Below are positions 45,101 to 53,759 of a stretch of DNA of 64,000 nt, piece after piece. Origin of the DNA: Candidatus Marinacidobacterales bacterium (GTDB taxonomy: Bacteria > Acidobacteriota > Vicinamibacteria > Marinacidobacterales > SMYC01); assembly GCA_965247365.1 (NCBI GenBank), contig CBDFHB010000002.1, positions 804,745 through 868,744 of the forward strand, in the 5' to 3' direction. A program made the position numbers and the translations under genes. How positions within the stretch are numbered: the stretch's first letter is position 1; the number at the start of each line of letters is the position of its first letter. Under the pieces are notes generated by a model that worked only from the letters and a program-made list of their open reading frames with translations, did not search any database and was not told the DNA's origin.

Positions 45101-47027
45101 CGCCGGACGAGCTCGACCCGGGAAACACGTCCTTGACCATCGTCGTCCCCCCAAACGTGCCGTCGCTCTTCCAGAGCTCGGCGCCGAGAAAGAGGCTCCC
45201 GTCATCCGCCACGAGGAACAGAGTACCGTTGACGTCGGTGAGCTCGGTGGGATTGGAGGACCACCCCGGCCAGGGGTGGATGTCGCGGACGAGGACGGTC
45301 CCAGGAACCGTTCCATCACTCTTCCAAAGCTCTCGTCTCAACGTGACGCCGTCATCGGCGGTGAACAAGAGCGAGCTTCCGACCCTCGTGAGGTCCTGGG
45401 GAGAGGAGTCCCCGCTTCCGGGGAGAATGTCCGAGAGCCTCGTCGTACCCGGCTCGGTCCCATCGCTCTTCCATAGCTCGTCCCCGCTGACCCCGTCGTT
45501 GGCGCTGAAGAACACCAGGCCGTTCGCGAGGGTCAGTGAGTCGGGTAGCGAAGAAGTCGTGGTGAGGTTCTTGACGATGACCGTACCTGGGCCGGTGCCG
45601 TCGCTCTTCCAGACCTCGCGGCCGTTGGTCCCATCGTCGGCAAAGAAGTAGAGAAAGCCCCCGAGACTGGCGACCCAGTAGTTGTAGACGTTGGTGAAGG
45701 GAGTGCATCCGCCGGGGCAGATGTCCAAGACCAGAGCAGTGCCGGGCCCCGTTCCATCCGTGCGGTAGAGCTCTTCCCCCGTGGTGCCGTCGCTGGCGCT
45801 GAAGAAGAGCATTCCGGCGACCTCGCTCAGAATCACTTGTTCCAGACCAGACGCATTGCTGCTCGGCAAAGACGAGCAGGCGCCGACGCAGAGGTCGATG
45901 ACGAGCGTCGTCCCCGGACCGGTGCCGTCGCTCTTCCAAAGCTCTGTGCCGTTGACGCCGTCGTCGGCGACGAGAAAGGCCGTCGTTCCAACCTTGGAGA
46001 GCCTCGGTGGGTCGTTGGCGGGAAACGATCCGCTGAACCCCGGCCGGATGTCCTTGACCATGACGGTGCCGACACCGGTCCCATCGCTCGTCCAGAGCTC
46101 GCGTCCCGCCGCCGAGGTGTTGGCGGTGAACAACAACTTCCCGTTCAGCTCCATGAGCGCCTTCGGATCGGAGCCGAACGAGCCGAGCTGGATATCGCTG
46201 ACCAGCAGCGTCCCCGCGGCGGTTCCGTCGGATTTCCATAACTCCTTCCCGATGCTTCCGTTGTTCGCGTTGAAAAAGAGCATTCCGCTCACGTCGGTAA
46301 GGTGATCCACGAAGGAAGACGCCAAGCCTACCCGGATGTCTCTTAGGAGCACCGTACCCGCCGCCGTCCCGTCGCTCACCCAGAGCTCACGGTTCTCCGC
46401 GGCGGTGAAAGCTTCGAAGAAGACCAAACCGCCTGCCGCCGTCAGCTCTTGGGGCAAAGAACCCCCGGTGCCGGGATCGATGTCCTTGACGAGCACCGTT
46501 CCCACCGTGGTCCCGTCCGTCTTCCACAACTCGCGTCCGTTGACCGGATCCGTCGCCGCGAAAAACAGCGTGCCGCCGACCACGGTGAACGAGCCTGGGC
46601 CGGAGGAGGCGCTGCCGGGATAGATGTCTTTCACGAGGACGGTACCTGCCGTCGTGCCGTCCGTCTTCCAGAGCTCGCCTCCCACCGCAGGGTCGCCCGC
46701 GTTGAAGAAGAGCGTGCCGCCGAAATCGACCATGGACCCAGGCGGGCTGAAAGCGTCGCCGGGGACGAAGTCACGCAGCATGAAGGTCCCCGCGCTCGTT
46801 CCATCCGTCCGCCAGGGCTCCTGTCCGTGCACGAGATCCGAACCGACGAAATACACCAGCGAGCCGCTGGTCTCGAAGCCATAGGGGTTCAGACCCACTC
46901 CGACGTTGACGTTGGTCTGGATGTCCTTCACCCGATAGGCGGGCTGTGCGTCTATTGGCGCACTGAGCGCGAGCCCCACGAGGATCGCAGCGAGGCCGAT
47001 CGCGAAGTAGCCGCGGGATGAGAACAT
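42159..47027 (-). CDS. 1622-aa secreted ELWxxDG-repeat protein with DUF11, FN3-like and C-terminal PQQ/BamB-like beta-propeller regions
   Basis: GAGGAG lies 6 nt before ATG 47027. Signal peptide. About 17 units of ...G(R/K/G)ELW(K/T/V)(S/T)DGTxxGT.... DUF11-like DVSVTKTDSSDPVLTGQSFIYTVTVTNEGPNDAHAVTVTDTLP. C-terminal propeller strands (VYAVDAETGSLLWRK, FFAVNPSTGEIAWSF, VIALDPENGGEFWNQ). Confidence 0.9.
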   Translation of the reverse strand: MFSSRGYFAIGLAAILVGLALSAPIDAQPAYRVKDIQTNVNVGVGLNPYGFETSGSLVYFVGSDLVHGQEPWRTDGTSAGTFMLRDFVPGDAFSPPGSMVDFGGTLFFNAGDPAVGGELWKTDGTTAGTVLVKDIYPGSASSGPGSFTVVGGTLFFAATDPVNGRELWKTDGTTVGTVLVKDIDPGTGGSLPQELTAAGGLVFFEAFTAAENRELWVSDGTAAGTVLLRDIRVGLASSFVDHLTDVSGMLFFNANNGSIGKELWKSDGTAAGTLLVSDIQLGSFGSDPKALMELNGKLLFTANTSAAGRELWTSDGTGVGTVMVKDIRPGFSGSFPANDPPRLSKVGTTAFLVADDGVNGTELWKSDGTGPGTTLVIDLCVGACSSLPSSNASGLEQVILSEVAGMLFFSASDGTTGEELYRTDGTGPGTALVLDICPGGCTPFTNVYNYWVASLGGFLYFFADDGTNGREVWKSDGTGPGTVIVKNLTTTSSLPDSLTLANGLVFFSANDGVSGDELWKSDGTEPGTTRLSDILPGSGDSSPQDLTRVGSSLLFTADDGVTLRRELWKSDGTVPGTVLVRDIHPWPGWSSNPTELTDVNGTLFLVADDGSLFLGAELWKSDGTFGGTTMVKDVFPGSSSSGATWLTNVNGTLFFRANDGTSGSELWKSDGTDPGTLLVKDLIPGASSSSPFHLTNVGGTLFFAATGPGGIGRELFKSDGTDAGTVLVKEICPGSCGGFTSLLQYNFLVDVGGMLFFTADDGVSGRELWKSDGSGPGTVMVLDIMPGSAGVRGPFSLIAQNGLLYFGADDGVNGAELWQSDGTAPGTVRVTDVNPGAGTALPFSTPLAGAGQEILFAATNSTSGVELWKSAGSMPTTLLVQDIASGSPASLPSRFTPGASLFFFTADDGSGEELWALPHTDVSVTKTDSSDPVLTGQSFIYTVTVTNEGPNDAHAVTVTDTLPVGMTFVSSIPPTCTDVSGTVRCTVVDIPPGGNQKVRIEVMPTVVGSFINDAAAVAGEIDPDVADNETTEPTDVALSCVGAPSFGGLSSATAPGGCDVTLTWNPATGTCPSSTPIFYNVYRSTSPGFSPGTDNLVAPCLSGGSYVDPFGLEPSQSYYYVARAEDSNFGGGGLCQNGSEDANVVELSVTTSAVCSNAPNEVPILTVTSTDTTNKLRWVNPPTGNQLTIRYSDVAQPATETDGSELVPLSAFTPNGTGSFDHTGRTNFTTYFYSAFVFNGVDKYSLATPSSGRPEDTLAVTNPLEWIYTTGATTLTPASVGPDLAYAVSNDTVLHSMGSADGDWPAGWRPFQRMEAPAQGRPSIVPLALAGANKVIFPGSQDGHVYAVDAETGSLLWRKALTVDDVQASPSGMFSAYGGAHDLVMVGTRNPAIDNEFFAVNPSTGEIAWSFDDGGGIGIINGQAVVDYLNQRVYFASYEGVGTNTLWCLEFDASSVNLKWSKPLTDIAGSPVLYRGRVYVGTTGGVVIALDPENGGEFWNQPLGDGTVKGFIWPDGIRLYVSTDTMVWELRDLGASASIEWGEPVPGPSVPLLSRGTPYLYVGGGDGKLYELDRTMNPPTVKVLPLGGVVATVGAASLDVVNQLLYVGTSPGRIYALTVPLP
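44387..46850 (-). repeat. ~48-codon tandem coding repeats (ELWxxDG units)
   Basis: Periodic recurrence of ELWKSDGT / ELWKTDGT codon blocks across the N-terminal half of the 1622-aa ORF. Confidence 0.8.
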
Positions 47028-47252
47028 TCGACTCTCCTCTTTAGACGGTCTTGCTCGGACGTTCGACTAAAGCTGTGGTTTCACGTCTTCGACACCTTAT
47101 GGGAGCACGGCTGGATCAGACCGGGGGGGTCGGTATGGAGACGGCGAGCGCCCCAACGACGTTCACCTATTATCTCACGATTTTCGGAGTAGAGCCACCG
47201 GGTCAGCGCTCGTTGGCCGCCGAACGTCTACGCGAATTCAACGTCCTGAAGC

Positions 47253-48119
47253 TCACGATCGCTTCTCCATCACGATGAGAAAGTGGTCTCCCCACCGACG
47301 GATTCCCGGGTAGGAGGCTATGCGATCCTCGAGTCGCTGCAGCCACTCGATCCACTTCGGATGCCGTTTGGCAAAACCGGAAAGATACGGTGGCGGCACG
47401 AGGACACCGAGCGAGCGCAGCGAGAGCGTCGTGAACCCCGCACCCTCGAACACCCGCTCAAACTCGGCAGGGGCGTAGTAGCGGGTCCAAATGGTGCACC
47501 CCTTGAAGGGGACCGGGACGAAGTCACGGGAGAATCGAACCTGGGCGCGGCGCCAGTCGAGGCCGAGACCGTAGAACGCGATCTCCCATGGGCAGACTCG
47601 CCCAATGACCGAGGCTACGAAGATGCCGCCGGCTGAAAGTCGCCTGGCAATCATGCGGGCCGTGGTGGCTAGCTCGGGTACGCAGTTGAGCGGTCCGAGG
47701 TTCGAGTAGGCGCCGTCGAACGTCCGACCGGACAGTTGATCGAGCTCGTGAATGCCGAGATGTCGCACCTCGACCTGCGCGTCGAGCCCAGCCGAGAGAA
47801 CGCGGCGCGCGGCCTCTCGAGCCATCTCCGGGGACCAGTCGATGGCAAGCACCTGATAACCGCTTCGGCCGAGGTGTTCGGCGTCGGGCCCGGGGCCACA
47901 GCCGAGATCGAGCAGTGAGGAGCCGGCGGGCAAGTGCTTCGTGATCGCGGCCACCGTGCGGCGCCTCATCTCACGAAGCACCGGGTTTTCGGCGGTCTCC
48001 GCGTCGTAGATATCCGCGGCCGCATCGAAGGCCAGCTGGGTCTGGGTGAGGGCATCGGCAGTCAGGGGCACGAACCTCCTCCCCAACCGACTTTGATCGA
48101 GCAGACGCAGCGCACGCAT
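47253..48119 (-). CDS. Class I SAM-dependent methyltransferase
   Basis: Motif I SLLDLGCGPGPD, then VLAIDWSPEM. An alternative start is GTG 48071, preceded by GGGAGG. Confidence 0.8.
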   Translation of the reverse strand: MRALRLLDQSRLGRRFVPLTADALTQTQLAFDAAADIYDAETAENPVLREMRRRTVAAITKHLPAGSSLLDLGCGPGPDAEHLGRSGYQVLAIDWSPEMAREAARRVLSAGLDAQVEVRHLGIHELDQLSGRTFDGAYSNLGPLNCVPELATTARMIARRLSAGGIFVASVIGRVCPWEIAFYGLGLDWRRAQVRFSRDFVPVPFKGCTIWTRYYAPAEFERVFEGAGFTTLSLRSLGVLVPPPYLSGFAKRHPKWIEWLQRLEDRIASYPGIRRWGDHFLIVMEKRS

Positions 48120-48129
48120 ACGGGGTTAG

Positions 48130-48268
48130 ACGACACGTCAGCTGCAAGAAAAGAAATGCCGTCGAGCTTCATGTCGAGCGCCTCTTGGACGAGACGAGGC
48201 ATCTCGCGGAAGTTCGCCCGGTGAATCGTCGCCCGTGCGGTGTTAAAAACGACATTCGGTCGGGTCAC
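48130..48268 (-). pseudogene. Radical-SAM protein relic (about 45 internal codons)
   Basis: RPNVVFNTARATIHRANFREMPRLVQEALDMKLDGISFLAADVSS resembles the post-core region of radical-SAM enzymes found in polysaccharide clusters. No CxxxCxxC, no N- or C-terminus. Confidence 0.4.
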
Positions 48269-48873
48269 GATTCGTCGCTCAGCTTCCTCAGCCGCGCGAA
48301 TTCGGGTGAGGTCATGATGTCGCGGGCCACGGCCTCGACGTCAATGCCGCTAGCCAGCCAGTAACCGTAGATGAATCGTCCGACGGGATCCGCGGGACGG
48401 CCCAGCAGGATCCGATAGACGGTATCCACTTTCGCCATGGTCTCCGTGTCTTCGAATAGATGCTCCACCTCACCGATGTCACAGACACCAAAGCCATTCG
48501 CTTTTTCGATGAGCAGTCGCACCTCGGCGCGCTCCGGGAGACGACCGAGCTCTCGGGTGAGCGTCACCTCGGCGTAGTTCGCCGAAAGAGGGTCGGCACA
48601 CGGCGCGTCCGGCTTTGTGCGCATCGCCACCTCGTTCAGATCGAGATTGTGAAGCTCGTGGAGCCCGTCTGCCACGAGGAGCTGATACTCGGAAATGCGG
48701 GCTGAAGCGAGATCCGACAGCGCTCTATATTCCCAGGTCAAGGACCACGCGATACCGGTCGCGAGCGCGAACGAGACGCCGTAGACCAGAAGCATCTGGG
48801 TCTTGAGGCGCGAGAACACTTTCTCAGAGACGATGACCTCCAGTGTTCTCTGGGCGGAATCTTCGGGGTTCAT
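48265..48873 (-). CDS. Single-pass membrane protein with C-terminal DUF4214 domain
   Basis: GGAGGAGG lies 4 nt before ATG 48873. TM segment MLLVYGVSFALATGIAWSLTW. C-terminal VDTVYRILLGRPADPVGRFIYGYWLASGIDVEAVARDIMTSPEF. Confidence 0.7.
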   Translation of the reverse strand: MNPEDSAQRTLEVIVSEKVFSRLKTQMLLVYGVSFALATGIAWSLTWEYRALSDLASARISEYQLLVADGLHELHNLDLNEVAMRTKPDAPCADPLSANYAEVTLTRELGRLPERAEVRLLIEKANGFGVCDIGEVEHLFEDTETMAKVDTVYRILLGRPADPVGRFIYGYWLASGIDVEAVARDIMTSPEFARLRKLSDES

Positions 48874-49997
48874 TGAACCTCCTCCGTTTTCATGCGATAG
48901 AGCGCCGTCAGCGCCCTGACCGTACCAGACAGGGAATAGCGTTTCATTGCTTCTTTTCGAGCGAGCTCGCCCCGGGCTCGGAGGCGCTTACGATCCGAGA
49001 GGACTTCGCTGACGGCTCGAGCGAGCGCCTCGGGGTTGCCGGTTGGAACGGCAAGGGTCGCTGGCTCTAGATCGGGAACCACGCCGACGCGCGTTCCCAC
49101 CGTCGTACGCGCGCACCCCGCTGCTTCTTGCGTGACCCATTCCTGCCCTTCGTGGAGCGAGCTCGATACGGCGAGATCGGCCGATCGGTAGTAACCAGGG
49201 AGCTCGTCGTGCGGCACGGCGCCGTGGAATAGGACGCGCCTCTCGAGCCCGAGCTCTTGCGACAGTCGTTGCAGTTGTTTTTCGAGAGGACCTGCGCCGA
49301 CGAGGTGCAAAACGGCGTCAGAGACTTCGCGGCTCACCGCGGCAAAGGCCCGGATCAATGTCCGCTGGTCCTTGACGGGAACGAGAGACGCGACATTGAG
49401 AAGCTTGGTGCCGCCTGAAAGGAGCGAGGGCACCTCCCGCCCCGGTGAGAATCGATCCAGATCGACACCGATGGGAAGCAGCTCCGCGTTCGCCAGGCGT
49501 GAGGCTAGTGAGGCGAGGTAGGTCGAGCCTGCTGTCACCCGGCTCGCGCCGGCGAGTGCGCGGGTGGCGAGCACTCGGTTCAGGCGGCTGCGTTGGCCGC
49601 CGTAACCGATCGCGGGCAGGGAGACGAGCTCTCCGCCCAGGAGCGTCACGACGGAAGGGATCCCGAGTCCGCGAGCCGCCCGCACGGCGACGTATCCGGG
49701 CTCGTCGGCCCAAAACGCGTGGAGCACGTGAAAGGGCTTCCGGCGGTGCTCGCGCCGGATGGCGGCGACGGCTTTCCAGAGCACAGGGAGCTTGCCGAGA
49801 CCACGCCTATCGGCCCCACCGAACGCATGCACTTCCGCCGCGAAGATCGAATAGCGTGCCCTACGGTGGGGATACCGGAGCGCGAAGACGCGGACGTGGT
49901 GCGCTTCAGCGAGACGGCGCACCAGGGTGAGAAGTGTGGGGATGCACCAATCGGTCTCACTTGCGCTGAATCCAGGAACGACGATGCCCAGGTTCAT
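48870..49997 (-). CDS. Glycosyltransferase family 4 (GT-B)
   Basis: C-terminal GT4 pattern: LHLVGAGPLE...VLFHGAVPHDELPGYYRSADLAVSSSLHEGQ. ATGA overlap with the downstream gene. Confidence 0.85.
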   Translation of the reverse strand: MNLGIVVPGFSASETDWCIPTLLTLVRRLAEAHHVRVFALRYPHRRARYSIFAAEVHAFGGADRRGLGKLPVLWKAVAAIRREHRRKPFHVLHAFWADEPGYVAVRAARGLGIPSVVTLLGGELVSLPAIGYGGQRSRLNRVLATRALAGASRVTAGSTYLASLASRLANAELLPIGVDLDRFSPGREVPSLLSGGTKLLNVASLVPVKDQRTLIRAFAAVSREVSDAVLHLVGAGPLEKQLQRLSQELGLERRVLFHGAVPHDELPGYYRSADLAVSSSLHEGQEWVTQEAAGCARTTVGTRVGVVPDLEPATLAVPTGNPEALARAVSEVLSDRKRLRARGELARKEAMKRYSLSGTVRALTALYRMKTEEVQ

Positions 49998-50000
49998 GGC

Positions 50001-51452
50001 TCAGAACCCGCTCGTCTCCGGCCTCTGATAGGCAATCAGCTTGTGGAGAGCACGCAGCTCGAGGGGGAAGCGATAAATGCCGAGGTGGTAGCGCCACGCG
50101 CTCACCGAGCGCAACAACAGACGCACCGGCCCTCGGAGTTTCGTGTCTGTCGTCGTCGGATAGTAGGCATTCAATACGCTCTCGAAGTCCCAGATTTGCT
50201 GGCGTAGCGAGCGCTCGAGCCATGGCACCGTGAGGCTTCGTCTCGCCGCGAACGCCGTCCATTGCGGCGCCGTCCACTCGTCGAGGGTTCGAGGGAACGA
50301 GAACCCTTGTGCCATGGCTTCATCGAAGAGCTCGCCGGCAAGCGGAACGGGTGTATAGATATAGAGCACGATCTCGCAATCGGGATTCACGCGCTTGAGG
50401 CGCCTGATGAAAGCCATCGTACGCTCCGCGTCCTCGCGGGGCTCGGGCGGGTTGCCGACGATGAACGAGAACTCGGGGACGATGCCGTGGCCTCGCATCT
50501 TGCGTGCAATCTCGATCGTCTTTTCGACCGTCGCGGTGCCGCCCTTGTTCATACGCTCGAGCGTCTCGTCCGAGCCGGACTCGGCGCCGAGAAAGACCAT
50601 GCGAAGGCCGCTCTCCCGCATGAGGCGCCACGTCGATTGGGAGTAGCGCAGGAGCGTATCGATCCGCGCTTCACCCCACCAGCCGATGCGGAGGTCCGCG
50701 ATGCGTGAGGCGTATTCGCGGATGCGATCTTCGTCGACAAAAAAGTTGTTGTCATAGAACTCGATCGCATTGACGCCGTAGTCTCGAACGAGACGACGCG
50801 CTACGCGCGCGGTGCGCTCGGCGGTTTGCGCCCGCCACCGGCCGGCCGCAAGGTTGACGACGGCGCAGAAGTTGCAAGTGAACGGACAGCCGTAACTTGA
50901 ATGGTGAGGAAGGGTTCGCGTTCCCATGAACGTGGATCGCACGTAGCTTTCCATCCGAACGCGGTGGTACGGAAAGTCGGGAAGCGCGTCGGGTGACGGC
51001 ATTTCGGCTTCGGGGTTTTGTCTCATGCCTTCGTTCTCGCCGCGGTAGGAGAGTCCCGGGGTGGCCCGAACGGCTCGCTCGTTTCCAGAAAAGAGTGCCT
51101 CGACGAACGGCCCGAAGTGCTCGTCCGCGTGCCCCCGGAGCACGTAATCAACCAGAGGCGAGTCGAGACAGGCGTCCGCGTGCTGCGTGGGAAAGTAACC
51201 GCCCCAGACGACGGTTGTTTGCGGCTGCCGTTGCTTCAGTTTCCGCGCCTCCGCTACGGCATCGGCCAGCTGCGGTCCAGGCATGACTGTCATCGCGACG
51301 ATGTTTGCATCGCGCGTGTCGAGAGCTTCGAGGTTCCCGTCGACGATGCGGTAATCGCAACGGCCCTCGAGCTTCGCGCCGAGCGCAAGGAGCGCCATAG
51401 GGAGAACCGGCTTGCCCGTGGCATTGCTCTTCGGGTTATAGAGTATGAGCAT
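50001..51452 (-). CDS. B12-binding-domain radical SAM protein
   Basis: N-terminal Rossmann-like B12-binding region (MLILYNP...LPMALLALGA...IVAMTVM). Radical-SAM cluster motif CPFTCNFC. Confidence 0.85.
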   Translation of the reverse strand: MLILYNPKSNATGKPVLPMALLALGAKLEGRCDYRIVDGNLEALDTRDANIVAMTVMPGPQLADAVAEARKLKQRQPQTTVVWGGYFPTQHADACLDSPLVDYVLRGHADEHFGPFVEALFSGNERAVRATPGLSYRGENEGMRQNPEAEMPSPDALPDFPYHRVRMESYVRSTFMGTRTLPHHSSYGCPFTCNFCAVVNLAAGRWRAQTAERTARVARRLVRDYGVNAIEFYDNNFFVDEDRIREYASRIADLRIGWWGEARIDTLLRYSQSTWRLMRESGLRMVFLGAESGSDETLERMNKGGTATVEKTIEIARKMRGHGIVPEFSFIVGNPPEPREDAERTMAFIRRLKRVNPDCEIVLYIYTPVPLAGELFDEAMAQGFSFPRTLDEWTAPQWTAFAARRSLTVPWLERSLRQQIWDFESVLNAYYPTTTDTKLRGPVRLLLRSVSAWRYHLGIYRFPLELRALHKLIAYQRPETSGF

Positions 51453-52764
51453 TGGTTCTTAGGCGTCCATCGTGCCAAAGGTTGCGGCAGTGCTCAAACG
51501 TGAAGACGGCCGGGACGAGCGTCAAGGTGCTGAGTCCGAGAAAACCCAGAACCATACCGATCGCGCCGAAGCTTCTGCCCAGGAGTGTAAATACGGGAAT
51601 CGCTACGAGAGCCTCGAGGACCGAGAGGAGAACCAGAGGCTCTTGCTTGTGCGCTCTGAGATAGCTGCCCATCGCGAAACGCACTTGCTGCAAAACGATG
51701 GCGGCGAGCAGGAGCGCCGTCGGAAGGGGCGGGAGAAATCGGGTCGCGATCTCGAGACCGAGCTCGCGCGTTGCCATGAGCCCCCCGAAGAAGAGCGCGG
51801 CGCCGGCGCTGGCGACAGCCAGGGAGGAGATCATCGCCCGGCGAAAGAGAGCATCCATGTCCCGATAGGCGCTCGTGGCGGCGTGTATTGCGAGGCGAGG
51901 CACTTTCGTTGCGATGGCGGCGAAGGCGGCTGAAGAGATCGCCGCGGCCGCCGCAAGCGTGAGGCCCATCCTCCCCGCGACTTCAGGACCGTGAAAGGCA
52001 AAAAGGACTGGCGTAAACAGCGAGTAGAGGAAATAACCCGACAGCCAGCTGAGTGCGAATTTCCACTGGAGCGGCCAGATATCGCGTCGCCATGTGAACG
52101 TGTTCGATTCGCTACGGGCCAAGTAGGTTCGGAGCGAGCGGAAGTTCTCGCGACCCAAGCCGACGACGCCGGCCGCGAATGAGACCCATCGCGCGACCGC
52201 GATCGTGAAGAGGCCTGCGCCCCCGACAACGGCGAGAGCGCCGGCAGCTCGACTCGCGAGCGCCTGGCCGAGCCTCGCACCATGCACTGTTTCGACTCGA
52301 TTGGCGCCTTCGAGTAGAGCGAAGACCGGCGTCAAGAGGACGCTCGCTCCGGTGGCGATCACAGCGATCCACCAGGCCAGCTCCCACGAGGGAGCGTCCG
52401 CCGAGGCAAAAGTACGGAAGTAAAGAGCTCCTCCGGTTCCGAGTCCGACGATGACAACGAGCGCCACGACCGCGTACCACACGAGAGAGAAACGGACGAG
52501 CGCCGCCAGGCGCGCGCGGGCCCGTTCACGCGTGGCGGGATGCGAGCTCTCCTGGAGCGCCCATTCATGGCTCACAGATTGCTGCAGGAGCTCGCCGAAA
52601 CCGAGCTCGAAGAAGGTTTGGAGTGCGAGAAGGCCGAGGATCGTATAGTAGAAGCCCTGGAGCTCGGACGTAAAGAAGGTCGCCACGAGCACCGCCGTAA
52701 TGAGGCCTCCCGCGCCTCCCGAGAGACGGTGCGCCATGGCGTAGAGCGTGGCGCGTTCTAACAT
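51436..52764 (-). CDS. Polytopic membrane protein, oligosaccharide flippase (Wzx/PST)-like
   Basis: 442 aa with about 12 hydrophobic segments. Sits in the glycan operon with 17-nt and 7-nt overlaps to its neighbours. Confidence 0.6.
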   Translation of the reverse strand: MLERATLYAMAHRLSGGAGGLITAVLVATFFTSELQGFYYTILGLLALQTFFELGFGELLQQSVSHEWALQESSHPATRERARARLAALVRFSLVWYAVVALVVIVGLGTGGALYFRTFASADAPSWELAWWIAVIATGASVLLTPVFALLEGANRVETVHGARLGQALASRAAGALAVVGGAGLFTIAVARWVSFAAGVVGLGRENFRSLRTYLARSESNTFTWRRDIWPLQWKFALSWLSGYFLYSLFTPVLFAFHGPEVAGRMGLTLAAAAAISSAAFAAIATKVPRLAIHAATSAYRDMDALFRRAMISSLAVASAGAALFFGGLMATRELGLEIATRFLPPLPTALLLAAIVLQQVRFAMGSYLRAHKQEPLVLLSVLEALVAIPVFTLLGRSFGAIGMVLGFLGLSTLTLVPAVFTFEHCRNLWHDGRLRTNAHTL

Positions 52765-53759
52765 TGCGGCTTACTCAGGGGGCTTTCGAGCAAGCGCATC
52801 GCGAGGCGCGCGACCTCTCCGGGCTCGCGGCGCGTCAGACATCGGACGTCGCCATAGCGACATTCGGCCTCCATACAGAATCGGCATTCCAAGTCGGACG
52901 AGTCGAGGCAGACCGAGTGCTCGCCGAGCGGACGGGACCAGTCCCCGCGGCTCGAACCGAATAGCGCCACGGTCGGCACTCCCGAGCACCAGCTCATGTG
53001 CATGAGCCCCGAATCCTCGGAGAGCACCAGATCGGATCTCCGGACCAGCGCGAAGGCCTCGTCGGGCGTCGTGCGACCGACGAGGTCGATAACGCTTCCG
53101 TCGAGCGCGGAGCGGAGATAGTCCGCCTTTTCTCTGAGCGCGGGAAGGCCGAGCAGGAGAAAACGTGTCGGACGTGAGTCCAAGCTCTGCCAGATCTTCG
53201 CAAAAGCGACGTAGTTTGGAAGCGGCCAGTTGCGCGTGGGAAACGCCCCCGCGGGGTTGAGAACGACGAGGCGGTGGTCCGAGCCGATGCCCGCTTCTCG
53301 CAGCAACCGTTCGGCGCTACCGTCGTTCCGGACCCGCAGATCGGTGTCGAGTCCGATGGGACCGAGACCGGCGCCTTCGATGGTGCGGCGGGTACGCTCT
53401 CCCGCCGGAACGGGACTCGTCTTGTCGAAGCGGGACCACGCCCCGGGACGAAGCGCGCTCGTCACCCATCGGCTCAGCTCGTTGTTCTGCAGGTCGAGGA
53501 CGATGTCGTACCTGCGAAGGATGAGCTGCGGCAGAAGGACGAGCATCGCGAGGCACTGTCGCTTGAAGCTTCTTCCACCTCCGATGGCGAACACGCGTGA
53601 AAAGAGGAGAAGGCTCCGCGGGATAGGCGCGGTTTCCTCTCGCGTGAGGAGGTCGATTCCGAAATCCGGGTACTTCCGTTTCAACGCGTTCAGATACGGG
53701 AGCGTGATGACGACGTCTCCCGTGGCCTGAAAACGAATCGCGAGAACCCGGGCGCTCAC
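52758..53759 (-). CDS. Glycosyltransferase family 9 (heptosyltransferase-like)
   Basis: GTG start at 53759 overlaps the upstream stop (GTGA). VLAIRFQATGDVVITLPYLNALKRKYP. C-terminal LVLSEDSGLMHMS...GVPTVALFG. Confidence 0.85.
   Translation of the reverse strand: MSARVLAIRFQATGDVVITLPYLNALKRKYPDFGIDLLTREETAPIPRSLLLFSRVFAIGGGRSFKRQCLAMLVLLPQLILRRYDIVLDLQNNELSRWVTSALRPGAWSRFDKTSPVPAGERTRRTIEGAGLGPIGLDTDLRVRNDGSAERLLREAGIGSDHRLVVLNPAGAFPTRNWPLPNYVAFAKIWQSLDSRPTRFLLLGLPALREKADYLRSALDGSVIDLVGRTTPDEAFALVRRSDLVLSEDSGLMHMSWCSGVPTVALFGSSRGDWSRPLGEHSVCLDSSDLECRFCMEAECRYGDVRCLTRREPGEVARLAMRLLESPLSKPQC

Noticed and set aside
43450-46239. Several 295-424-aa ORFs (43450..44724 -, 44271..45476 +, 44635..45651 +, 45352..46239 -) inside the ELWxxDG gene.
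   Set aside because: They are off-frame or antisense readings of the repeat array. Low-complexity Arg/Gly/Pro composition. The in-frame 1622-aa ORF explains the region.
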